Made by a program: the position numbers and the translations under genes. Below the pieces are notes generated by a model. The model was not told where the DNA came from. It ran no database searches and was given only the letters and a program-made list of their open reading frames with translations. Positions 28,533-39,300 of a stretch of DNA of 64,000 nucleotides are shown piece by piece. Position 1 is the stretch's first letter; the number at the start of each line of letters is the position of its first letter. The DNA is from Planctomycetota bacterium (GTDB lineage: Bacteria; Planctomycetota; Phycisphaerae; WQYP01). Location: contig JAJYFE010000002.1 in NCBI GenBank assembly GCA_021785435.1, forward strand, positions 7,978 through 71,977, given 5' to 3'.

Positions 28533-30414
28533 TCACGCCGCTGAAACGCAGTAGCGTGCCTTTGGCCTGCTGAAACTTCACCAGGTCCACATCGTAACGG
28601 GCAATGGCGGCCTGCTCGGCTTGACTGGCCGCCGCGAGGTTTTGCGCCGCATCCAACTCCAGCTGCAAGAACGTGGGGGTCAGACTTTGGCCCGATTGTT
28701 CCTGCACGCGCAGGCCCGTCACCACGCGCTGGGCGGCCGCGCGCCGCCGTCGAGCCGCCCGCAATTGCTGCCAGTCTTCCGCCAGATTCCACAGGCTGAT
28801 TACAATGTCGCGCGTGACATTCTGGGCATCACGCAGCAGACGAGTAAGCGCCCCTTGGCGCTGGTAGCGACGACGCTCCAGCTCGGCTTTTGCGGCCCGG
28901 TTGCCCAGCGGCACTTCCAATTTCAAACCCACTTCGTACCCAATATGCGGATCATTGAGCATGCGATTGTCCGCGCCGGCGAAACTGCCGTTCGGGGCCA
29001 ACCCCATGGAACTCGTCGAGGCCACCAAGTCCAGCTTGGGTAAAAGGCCGTTTTCCGCAACCTGCACATCGATTCCAGCGCGGGCCATCGCGGCGCGATC
29101 GTGCGCCAATTCCGGCCGATTGTGCAAAGCCGTGGCAATGTCGTCGCGCAAATCGAACAGGATGGGCACCGCTAACAGCGGTGTGGACGGTACCATCCGC
29201 ACCGTGGAAGCCACCGGAATCGAAGGCGTGTTTATCTGGGCCTTAAGCCGCTGCGAGTAATCATGGGCGTCGCGCAGCGTGCCGGCCAGTGTGAAACGCG
29301 CCTGGGCCAGCGCCGAATTCGCCTGGCTGATCTGCACGGCATCGACATCCATGCCTTGACGCGCCAGCAACCGCGATCGGATCTGCTGGAGCGAGGCGAT
29401 CAACCGCTGTTCGATGCGGATGTCGGCCGTCGCATTGGCCAATGAAAAATAGGTTTCCTCCAACTGGGCGAGGATCTTGATCACGCCGGCGCGAAAGTCC
29501 GCCAGGGCGATCCGCCGGTTGGTCCGGGCGATGCGTATCTTGGCCGAAGTGACCGTGGGACCAAAACCCCGTAACAACGGTTGGGAGAGGCCCAGCGTCA
29601 GGGCATTGCTGTAGGAAGGATTAATGTCCGGCGGCAAGCTGGAAGAGGAATGGACATCCAAATAGTTGGATGTTCCTTGCAGATACATGGTGCCGCCAGT
29701 GGGCAGCAAACCCCGCAATCCGATGTCGTTATTGAACGTGTCCTGATTGTTGTAACCGATGGGTCCTACTCCGCCGATAGTGGACGGGTATGGGGTTGGC
29801 TGATTCTGCTTCTGCCAGTCGCTTTCGCCAAAAAAGATCGGGTCGAATGCCGCCTCGGCTTGGATCAGTTCGGACTGGGCGATTCGAGGCGAAAACGATT
29901 CGAGCTTGATGGATAAATTATGCCCGAGGGCATCGTCCATCGCCTTGGCCAGTGAAATGGGAACCCTGCCGCCAGGGGGCAGCGTGGCGATGGTGGGTTG
30001 GGTTGACGCCGTGGTTGTGGTTGGGCCGGGGGTGGGCTGTGACGATGGCCCCACTTGGGTACCGGGCGCGGGGAGTTCCTGTATGCCATGGTCGGCCAGT
30101 ATCGCCTCTTTTCCTAAAACCAGGCCGTAATTATTACGGATGTTATGCGCCACCGCAGCAGCCGCATAAGCCTGCCATTCGGCGCCATGGGGACCTTGCT
30201 CGAACACTGAGGCACAGCCGGCCAAGGCAAACAGCGCGGCTACCAGTGCCGTCAAGGCACACGCGCCCCAGCCGGAGCGCTGTAGCCGGCAGCTGACACG
30301 AAGCAACGAAGACTTAACGGATTTTTGGGGTGCGGGGCGCGGTGGAACCGGCAACCGAAAGAATTCGCGGATTACGCGGAGGGCGGGGATTTTGGGTAGG
30401 AACGAAATGAACAA
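28516..30414 (-). CDS. TolC/NodT-family outer-membrane factor lipoprotein
   Basis: Signal peptide and lipobox ALFALAGC. Two OEP-type repeat halves with long coiled-coil segments. Thr/Pro-rich linker. The start is probably non-ATG and lies upstream of the signal peptide. Confidence 0.75.
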   Translation of the reverse strand: MFISFLPKIPALRVIREFFRLPVPPRPAPQKSVKSSLLRVSCRLQRSGWGACALTALVAALFALAGCASVFEQGPHGAEWQAYAAAAVAHNIRNNYGLVLGKEAILADHGIQELPAPGTQVGPSSQPTPGPTTTTASTQPTIATLPPGGRVPISLAKAMDDALGHNLSIKLESFSPRIAQSELIQAEAAFDPIFFGESDWQKQNQPTPYPSTIGGVGPIGYNNQDTFNNDIGLRGLLPTGGTMYLQGTSNYLDVHSSSSLPPDINPSYSNALTLGLSQPLLRGFGPTVTSAKIRIARTNRRIALADFRAGVIKILAQLEETYFSLANATADIRIEQRLIASLQQIRSRLLARQGMDVDAVQISQANSALAQARFTLAGTLRDAHDYSQRLKAQINTPSIPVASTVRMVPSTPLLAVPILFDLRDDIATALHNRPELAHDRAAMARAGIDVQVAENGLLPKLDLVASTSSMGLAPNGSFAGADNRMLNDPHIGYEVGLKLEVPLGNRAAKAELERRRYQRQGALTRLLRDAQNVTRDIVISLWNLAEDWQQLRAARRRRAAAQRVVTGLRVQEQSGQSLTPTFLQLELDAAQNLAAASQAEQAAIARYDVDLVKFQQAKGTLLRFSGVKVSDQ

Positions 30415-30489
30415 CTGGGTTACTCTCCGTTTGCGTTAATGATACTCTGACACCCCTGGCGCGTTGTCAAACGATAGATTTCGGGTCGG

Positions 30490-30605
30490 AGAAAGAGCCC
30501 CAGACTCCCCACCGAACCCGAAGCACCCGCCTTTAGGCGGGTGAACGGATTCCGGACGCGATACCCGAAAGCTAAGTGGTGACAAAGCACTAAAGCCTTG
30601 GCCGG
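30490..30605. repeat. Family-2 dispersed element (intra-operon copy)
   Basis: GAAAGAGCCCC...GAACCCGAAGCACCCGCCTTTAGGCGGGTGAACGG...CCCGAAAGCTAAGTGGTGACAAAGCAC. Confidence 0.5.
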
Positions 30606-30653
30606 ACATCCCTCCCCCACGCCATCGCCACGGCGATGGCGTGGGGGATCGCG

Positions 30654-32120
30654 CTACACCCATAACTTCATCCGCAGCCAGTCGATAAGGCGGCGCGTCC
30701 AAATCCAGATGTAATGGCCTTTCCCCGCGTCGATGCGGGCCGTGCCCTGCATCCCCGGATGAAACCAGGTCGGGGGGCGAATCAACCGCGCCCATACATC
30801 GAACACATTCTTCTTATGCCTCACCTGGGCCGCCGGATCGACCCGGGAAACGACCAAACGCACCTTGATGCCCGGATTGGAGGCCGGCGCCAGGGAGCCA
30901 CTTTCGCCCGCGTGGATATAAAGAATGTCCGCATCCGCCACGCGGATGCGCGCCACCAACGGTTTCAGCGGCGCCACCGTAAAAAGCACCTGACCCTTGC
31001 GCACCGGCGAACCGATTTTCCGCTCCAGCCGACCCGTCAGGACCTCGCCGGAAAGGGCCGACCGGATATCCGCATGGCGGATTTCCCGTTTGAGCAGACG
31101 AATCCGAGCCGCGGCGGCGTTGGCCCCATCCGCCGCGATCTGGGCGTCGGCGAACTTGCCCCGACTTTGGGCGATCTGCTCTTGTTTAAGATAGGTTGAC
31201 CGTTTCGCCTCGGCCGTGGCCAATTGGTCGCGCAAACTGGCTGTATCCAGGGTCGCCAATGTGGTCTGTTTAGCCGTGATCTCATCGCCAGGCAAAACGT
31301 CAACTGTCCGCAGATAGCCGTCGAATGGAGCGATCACCTGGGCCTGCCGAGTTGGTTCCAGCCGAAAGGGCGCCCGAATTCGAAATGTCCCGACGCCAAA
31401 AATCGCCCATCCCAGCAACCCAGCAATCGCCACCGCCGCCGCTTTCACCCACGTGTGCTTTGGCCCCACCGCCAGCGCCAAGCCACGCCGCAGCGATTCA
31501 GCCAGTTTTACGCCAATCCACCGCTCGTGCCGCCAGGCGTCCGCGATCCGCGGCGTCAACAAATCCGCCAGCCGGCGCATCGTTTCAAGTTCGGTCTGAT
31601 CCGGTGTGCGCGGCGCGGCGAACTCGAAAAGCAACGCCCCCCCAAGCTCGCCGTGCCGCAGCGGAAGCACGAGCACCGAACGATGCTCATCGCTTTGGCT
31701 TAACTTCTCGGCGCAACGGTACAGAAATTTAGAATCCGGTGGCGCTGGGACCAGGACTTCGCAATCCTGATCCAGGCATTCCTCCATCGCCTCCTCAATC
31801 AGGATCACTGCCTGCATCTTGCGCAGGATTTTTTCCGTGTGGCTCATTGCCACGACGTGGACTTGGCGGCCTTTCAGTATCCCCAGCGTCACCCGCGCGG
31901 CGGCGAAATCCGCGGCGAGCTGGTTGCAAACCGCCATCGCCAGGGCCATGAAGTGCTTGAAGTCCTGCGCCAGGGCCGCCAGAGAGCCTAGCGTCTTTTC
32001 GTGTAGTTCCGCCCGCCGTTGCTGCTCTTGCGCCGCCTGGACCTGCTGCTGCGTATGCTCCCACGCCGCCTGCGGCACCATCACATAGGGGGACTCGGTC
32101 ACACTCTGCGGCTGACTCAT
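30654..32120 (-). CDS. GAF-like N-terminal cytoplasmic domain + TM helix + HlyD-family membrane fusion (periplasmic adaptor) protein
   Basis: GAF-like block ending VLVLPLRHGELGGALLFEF. TM WVKAAAVAIAGLLGWAIFGV. Lipoyl-like QVIAPFDGYLRTVDVLPGDEI. Coiled coil. Beta-barrel GMQGTARIDAG. Confidence 0.6.
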   Translation of the reverse strand: MSQPQSVTESPYVMVPQAAWEHTQQQVQAAQEQQRRAELHEKTLGSLAALAQDFKHFMALAMAVCNQLAADFAAARVTLGILKGRQVHVVAMSHTEKILRKMQAVILIEEAMEECLDQDCEVLVPAPPDSKFLYRCAEKLSQSDEHRSVLVLPLRHGELGGALLFEFAAPRTPDQTELETMRRLADLLTPRIADAWRHERWIGVKLAESLRRGLALAVGPKHTWVKAAAVAIAGLLGWAIFGVGTFRIRAPFRLEPTRQAQVIAPFDGYLRTVDVLPGDEITAKQTTLATLDTASLRDQLATAEAKRSTYLKQEQIAQSRGKFADAQIAADGANAAAARIRLLKREIRHADIRSALSGEVLTGRLERKIGSPVRKGQVLFTVAPLKPLVARIRVADADILYIHAGESGSLAPASNPGIKVRLVVSRVDPAAQVRHKKNVFDVWARLIRPPTWFHPGMQGTARIDAGKGHYIWIWTRRLIDWLRMKLWV

Positions 32121-32140
32121 AATCGCTCACGCTTCAGGGG

Positions 32141-32195
32141 CCAGTGACGCAGTGGCCAGAGACCCTAAATAAGGAACTCCTTTGCTCTGGTCACG
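32141..32195. repeat. Degenerate heptad/AAATAAGGAACTCCTTT hairpin element that fills the 70-bp gap between the two adaptor genes
   Basis: CCAGTGACGCAGTGGCCAGAGACCCTAAATAAGGAACTCCTTTGCTCTGGTCACGGGTCA, with CCAGAG/CTCTGG stem arms. Confidence 0.55.
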
Positions 32196-33120
32196 GGTCA
32201 TTGAAATTCACCGTTACTTCCTGGCCCGCGGGGAGATGGCGCGGATTCGGCACGCGCAATTCCACCTGCACCGTCGCACTCGAGGGATCCGCTACCTCGG
32301 CGATCCACCGCACCGTACCGGTAAGCCGCCCGCCTGAGGCGAGCGTAACGGTACCCGTCTGTCCAACCCGCAACCGCCGTGCGGCGTCCAGCGCTACGGT
32401 CGCCATCACCCGCAAAGGATCGACCTGCACCAACTGGATCACTTTTTGCGCTGGCTGCACCGGCATTCCGATCCGGCCGCGCCGATCGTCGATGACTCCA
32501 TCGAAGGGCGCTAAAATTTCACGATCTATCAGCGCCTGCCGGGCTTGCCCCAGCGCCAACTGATCCGCCTGATGCTTGAGCCGGGCCAGCTGCAACGACA
32601 GTTGATCCATAATCACTTTCAGCTTCGCCTGCTGCAGTTCAAAATTCGTGACCGCATGTTTGCGGTAACCAAATTCCTTTTCCGCCAGAACCACTTGGTC
32701 GTACGCGAGTTGGGCCTTGCCGGCGGCAACTTGCAGCGTGCTCTTGGCCTTAAGCGCCGCCGCCCGGACCGCGAAGTCTTCGCGCTCATGATGTTCCGCG
32801 GCGAGCAATTCGCCGCGCTTAACCGCCGCTCCGCGCTGCACGCGAACCTCGCCAATCACGCCGCCCTGCGCGAAGCCCAGCCACACATTCCGCCAGGCGC
32901 GGGCTACCCCGGGAAAGCCCGCCGCATTGTCGGATGGACGGGTGGCTTGAGCGCTGTTCGCAGTAAACAGAAATATCAGCAACACCAGCGCTGCCGTATG
33001 GTTTAAGAATAAAGCGGTTTTCCCTATATATTCTTTCGCTTGCATTGTGGCCTTTGCTTTGTGACCAAGCCAGGAAACTGTGGCGCTTAGGTAGCCAGCA
33101 ACACCCCCGGCAAAAGCCAT
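32191..33120 (-). CDS. HlyD/RND-adaptor family periplasmic membrane fusion protein
   Basis: N-terminal TM anchor, coiled-coil hairpin, lipoyl motif EILAPFDGVIDD and a beta-barrel domain. An alternative start is the ATG at 33045 (MQAKEY). Confidence 0.6.
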   Translation of the reverse strand: MAFAGGVAGYLSATVSWLGHKAKATMQAKEYIGKTALFLNHTAALVLLIFLFTANSAQATRPSDNAAGFPGVARAWRNVWLGFAQGGVIGEVRVQRGAAVKRGELLAAEHHEREDFAVRAAALKAKSTLQVAAGKAQLAYDQVVLAEKEFGYRKHAVTNFELQQAKLKVIMDQLSLQLARLKHQADQLALGQARQALIDREILAPFDGVIDDRRGRIGMPVQPAQKVIQLVQVDPLRVMATVALDAARRLRVGQTGTVTLASGGRLTGTVRWIAEVADPSSATVQVELRVPNPRHLPAGQEVTVNFNDP

Positions 33121-33388
33121 CGGCGTTCAGCTTTCCGCATGCGATATTCAACAACAATCAGCCATTGGCAAGCCAACCGGCGGTTTATTCCGACCAGCGG
33201 AATCACTGTTCGTCGGCGCCAATGCAGGCGGCACGCCTGCGCTACAGCAGACCCGGAGGTCTGCGCCACAAGGCCTGGCAGGCTGGAAAGGTCTCCTGGG
33301 GCGACTCTCCGACGTGCCCCACAAGCAACTGCCCACCGCCGCCGAGCCACGGGGCGAAATCCCGATGCCGATCTGGAACGGGAATCAC

Positions 33389-36300
33389 TTATTTCAGCGC
33401 GATCGCCACGCCGGCCATGACGCTTTGGGCCATCTGGTGTTCCTGGCCAACCTGGGCTTCATAATTGAGGAACAACGTCATATTCTTCGCCAAGTTGCCG
33501 CTGACGCCCGCCCCTAACAACGCCGAGTCTCGTTCCGGTGCGGGCGTGCTGATGGCAAACGGCACGCCGCCGGGGAAGAACGCATTGATCGCCCGACTGC
33601 CATTTAAATATTCATGCTGCCAAAAGGCGTTGCCGGTGAAATTCACCGCCGGGGCGGTTGGCCGCAGGCGCCAGGCGTAAGCGAGCTGGGCGCCGAGCAA
33701 GGACCGTAAGGAATCAACGGACATCGGTGCTATCGTCAGGTCCTGCGCCGGGGCGCCGGTTTCCGTATAACCGGAAACATTCAAGTGCGTGTAACCCAGG
33801 CCCACCGCGGGACCGGCCTTAAAGCCACGGAAGAAATGGAAGTTGTAGCCGGCCAGGGCGTCTAAATCGAACTGGTGGCCATAGGGACTGCTGCTGGCCG
33901 TGGCCGCGGTGACATTGCGGTGCAACCGGTAATCGTTGTACGTATAGCTGGCCAGGCCGTTCAGATAAAAATGGCTCTTCCGCACGCCAAAATAAACGCC
34001 TGGCGAATAGGCGTTGTCGCGCAGGGCGCTGCCGATATTGTCCAGCTTCGCGCCGGTATAGTTGTACGCGAACATCGCCCCGACCACCAAATGGGAGGCC
34101 AGGTTGTAATCCACGCCTGCAATCACCCCGCCGGTGGTGTAATGGGCCACTTCGCCGGTATCGGCGACGATGATATCGCCGGTGACAAAGCCGGAGAGGG
34201 TATTCTTCCGCGATTCACTGCTCGGGACCGGCACCGCCCCGCCTCCAGCCGCTACGCCGGGATTGAAGACATCCAGATCCCGCACAGAATCCCGCGCCTG
34301 CTGGCTGGTGGATTTCATCGCCGCGTTAAGCGCGGTGGTGAATGGATCCGCATCGGGCGTGTGCAGCAGGCTAAGGCCGGAGGCGTTAAAGCCGGTGACG
34401 CCATTAAAAATGTCGCCGATTTCCTGGAAGATCGTTTCACTGGTGAAGATGCCGGTTTCCACGCTCGTATTGCCCATATCCGCCGCCGCCTCTTCCGTCA
34501 GCTCCGGCTTGATGGGCAGAACCTCGATGGTATCCGTAGTGCTGGTGGCGGTCTGGGTAAGGGTGTATAGCGGATCGGTGCTCCTGGCGTTCGCGAACGG
34601 GCCGGTGACGCTGGCAGCGGTGACCACGGTGTACTTGTCCAGGGCGGCCGGGCTGTAGCCGTGGTTGAACTGCACCAACAGGTTGCCATTCGGCAAATTG
34701 GCTGTCCCAGCCACATTCAGCGTGTCGTAGCTGCCCGTGTCCGTCGATGGTCCGGCGATGGCCAGAACCAGGGTGGAATTAGCGCCCATGGTGTAATTGC
34801 CACCGACGTTAATGGCTATGCCGGTGCTGTTATTGATGTTGGCCGGAACGGCGTTGATGCTGGCCAGCACCGCCCCGCTGTTCAGGATGACATCGCCGGT
34901 TCCCAATGCCGAGGAATTGCCCACATCAATGGCGGCGCCGCTGTCAATGGTCGTGCCGCCGACGTAGCTGTTGGCATTGGGTAGGATCAGTTCGCCGCCG
35001 GGGCGGCTGGAGGCAACCGTCAACCCCCCGCCGCCGGTGATGGCGCCGGAATAGGTTTCCGCGGCAACGCCGCCGAAGCCGTTGGCATCGATGGTTCCGC
35101 TGCTACTGAGCGTCAGGTTGTTGGCGACGTTCAAACTCGCGGCGCCAAACTGAATCGTTCCACCCCCATCCCCCTTGATGGTGACGCCGCCGCTGCCGAG
35201 AGAGCTGGACTGGCCCACTTGGACCACGCTGGCATTGGTAAGAGTCGTGCCGCCCGAGTAAGTGTTGGCGCTGGAAAGAGCCAGGGTGCCGCCACCAGAT
35301 AGGATTAGGCTGCCGCCCGTACCGCTGCCGATGCCGCCATCTTGAACCACGCCGGCAAAGGTATTGGCGCCGCTGGAGATATTGATCGTCAAGGCCTTGC
35401 CGCCCAAGGCCACGGTTCCGCCCGCGCCCGTTAGGCCAAGAATAGTCGCACCGCTGGTGGTTTGCGAAATGTCAAACGCGGCCCCGCCGCTTAACGCCAC
35501 ACCGCTGGAATCGGCAATGCTCCCGGCGCCGGAAAGGGCCAGCGTGCCGGAAGCGACGCTGGTGGCGCCGGTGTAGGTCTCGGTCACGGAAAAGGTCAGC
35601 GTGGTATCCGCTGCGCCATTTTCGGCTACGCCGCCGCTGCCGGAGATTGCACCCGAAAGGCCGCTGCTGGCGGCCTGCGCGAAAATCAACGCTGTATTAT
35701 CAGTCACATTGCCGGTCAGCTCGGCGGTGCTGGCCGTGAATTCCAGCGTGCCGCCGGAGATGGTGGTCGTGCCGGTATAGGTATTCGCGCCAGAGAGGAT
35801 CAGCGTGCCGTTACCGCCAAGCACCAGGCTGCCGCCGGCGCCACTGCCGATACCGCCATCTTGAATCGCGCCGCCAAAGGTGTCGGAGCCGCTGGCGATA
35901 TTGATCGTCAAGGCTTTACCGCCCAAAGCGACGGTTCCCCCCGTGCCGGTCAGGCCAGGAATGGTTGCACCGCTGGTGGTTTGGGAAATATCCAACGTGC
36001 CGCCGCTGCTTAGCGCTACGCTGGAATCAGCGATGCTGCCGCCACTGCCCAGCGCCAGCGTGCCGGCGCTGATGGTGGTCGTCCCCGTGTAGGTGTTGGC
36101 ACCCGTGAGCGTTAGCGTGCCGGCGCCGGAAAGGGTCAGGCCGCCGCCCGTACCGCTGCCGATGCCGCCGTCCTGGATGACGCCGCCAAAGGTATTGGCG
36201 CCGCTGGCGACGTTCACCGTCAGGGTTTCGCCACCCAACGCCACCGTGCCACCCGGTCCGGTCAGGCCAAGTATGGTTGCACCTGTGGTAACTTGCGAAA

Positions 36301-39300
36301 TATCAAACGTCGCGCCGCTGCTCAAAACCACACCGCTGGAATCGGCCACGCCGCCGGCCCCGGAAAGCGCCAGCGTGCCGGCGCTGAGGGTGGTCGCGCC
36401 GGTGTAAGTGTTAGCGCCGGAAAGCGTTTCGGCGCCGGAATTGAGCACCACGCCGCCGTTGCCGCTGGCGCCGTTCTGGATGATACCGGAGAAGGTGCCG
36501 CTGGCGTCGGTTAGCGTCAAATTCTTCGCCCCCAGCGTGACGGTACCACCGCCCGCTAGCGAGGTGATCGACGTACCGGCGGCATTGATCCGTGAGATAT
36601 CAAACGTGGCCCCGCCGCCAACCGTCACCCCGCTGGAATCAGCGATGCTGCCATCCGTACTGGTGCCGCTGTTGTAGGCGAGCGCCAGCGTGCCGGAATT
36701 GACGGCGGTGGCGCCGGTATACGTGTTGACGCCCTCAAGCGTCAGCGTATCCGGCCCGGCGACGGTCAACACGCTGCCGCCAATGATGGGGGCGCTGATC
36801 GTGGCGCTGGCGTTCATGGTGACCGCGCCGTTGAGAACCAGGCTGCCTCCCCCGCTGGCGGCAATGGTATAGGAACCGCCTGTCCCCATCGCGTTAAATG
36901 TAATTCCCGCCGCGGTGACACCGGCCTGGTCAATCGTCACCGTGACCGCGCTGGTCCCGCCCGCGCCGAAGGAAGCGATATCACCGTTCGCCCACACTTG
37001 AGCCGTTCCGCCGGTCTGCGCTGTGCTCCACAGCGTGTTTCCGCTGCTGGTGTCCCAGTTGCCGTTGTTATCCGCCTGCGCTGTTCCGCCCACCGTGCCG
37101 GTCCAATAGAGCGTCGGCGTACTGACGAGCGAAATAACCTCGCCGGTGTCGGCCACATAGGCGGCCGTATAAGAAAGGGATCCCGCGTTGGTAAGATGCA
37201 CGGCGCTGAAATTACCGGTGACCGGGCCGGTCGTCCCAATCACGGTATAATTTTGGCCCGCCTGCGGGTTGGCGCCGCTGGCGAAGATCAAGTCCAGCGT
37301 GCCGGCCAATGAGGCCGCCCCGCTGCCGAGTCGAAGGGAATCGTAGCTGGTGCTGCTGCCCACCAGCAGGGCCAGCGTGGAATCAGCTTGCTGAGTGTAG
37401 CTGGCGGCGTTGACGGCCAGCGTCGTGCCCGATCCCGCCTGCGCGCCGGTGGTTTCAAGCGTTGTCCCGGAATTGACAGTTAAGGCCCCCGTTCCGAACG
37501 CGCTATCGCTGCCCGCGACCAACTTTCCATTGCTGACAACCGTTCCCCCGGTGTAAGTGTTGGTTCCAGAAAGCGTCAGTGTCGTGGCGGTCGTACCAGC
37601 ATCCAGGACCACGCGGCCGCCGCCGGAGATGACGTGTGAAAAACTGGTGTTGCCGGCTGGCGGCTCGGCGCTTGGGGCGAAGATCAGGGCGGAATTATCC
37701 ACGATGCCGCCGCCTAACTGCGACGTGTCGCCCTCCAATCGCAGCGTGGCGCCGTTGCCGATGGTGGTGGTGCCGCTGTAGGTGTTGGCGCCGGAAAGGA
37801 TCAGTTCGCCGCCGCCGTCGTTGGAGGTGACGGTCAAGGCGCCGCCACTGGTTTTGTCAGCGATCACACCGGAGAGCGTAAAGACCGTGCCCGTGCCGAC
37901 ATTGATCGTGTTGGTAACGCCCGTCCCGTTGAAAAGATACCAGTTGTTGGCGAGGCTGGAACCGCTGCCGCTGTTATTGTCGCCGAAGTCAATGGTTCCG
38001 TTGTCCAGGTAAAACAGGACGTTGCTTGTCGGCTGCCCGCCGCCGCTGCCGACCTGGAATGTCGTCGGCGTGCTCGCCCCGCCGCCGATTTGCAGCGTAC
38101 CGGCGGTCACGCCCGTGAAGTTAGCGCCATTGTCGACAAAAGTGCCGTCCGTCAATACCAGAATATTGCCGGCGCCGCTGCTGGTGACCGATCCGCTCAG
38201 GGTGAGCGTCTGGCCACCGGCGTCAATGAAGTTGTTGGCGCCGGATATGGTAATGTTATTGGGGACACCCAGCCCGATTCCCGTTTCATTTACAAATGTT
38301 CCATCATCCAGCGCGATGGTGGCGCCGGCGCCGATAAAGCCATTAGCCTTCGGCCCGGCCGTAAATGTCGCCGCGGTGGCCAGCGTGCCGTTACCGGTCT
38401 GAATTGTCCCCGCGGTAAAGCCGGTAAAACTGCCATTATCGACAAATCCGCCGTCCTGCAGGATCAACGTGTTTCCCGCCGCGGCGCTGCTGACCGTACC
38501 GGTCCAGGTGATGGTGGTGCCGAAGCCGCCGGCGTCGATGGTATTGGTGGTCGAGCCGGTGACGGTGATAGCGGTGTTCGATGAGAAGCTCGTGCCGCTC
38601 GCATTGACCACTGTGGCGCCTGCGAGCGTCAGCGGACCGGTTCCAAGGTCGGGTCCGGACGTTGTCTCCAAGTCAACTGTTACGCCGCCTTCCAACGTGG
38701 TGCCGCCGCTGTAAGTGTTGGCGTCGCTTCCCAAGGTGAGCGTATGGGCCCCGGTGATGGTCACCGCGCCGCTGCCGGAGATCGCGTGCGAAAAACTGGT
38801 GTTGGCCGTTAGTTCAAAAATCAGGGCGGAATTATCCACGATGCCGCCGCCTAACTGCGAGATGTCACCTTCCAGCTCCAGTGTCGCGCCGGCCTCAATC
38901 GTGGTCGTGCCGGCGTAGGTGTTCGCCGCCGGATTGCCGCCGCTCTGGGGGTTCAAAATCAAGGTGCCTCCGGCGGTGCTGGAGGCGACCGTCAGGCCGC
39001 CACCGCCGGAAATAACGCCGTCGAGTTCCTGCGAGCTTTCGTTGCCCACGTCGATGGTGTTGGTGACGCCCGTGCCGGAAAGGAGGGTCCAGGGATTGCT
39101 CCTCGGGCTCCCGGCGCCGCCGCTGCCGCCGGCGAAGGACAACGTGCCGTTGTCGAGTTGAAAGATCACGGCACTTTTGGGCTGACCGTTTGCGACGTTG
39201 TTGCCGCCGACCTGCAAAGTTGCCGGCGTGTCGGCCCCACCGCCAATTTGCATCGTGCCAGCAGTGACGCCGCCGAAATCGGCGCCGCTAAGCACAAAGT

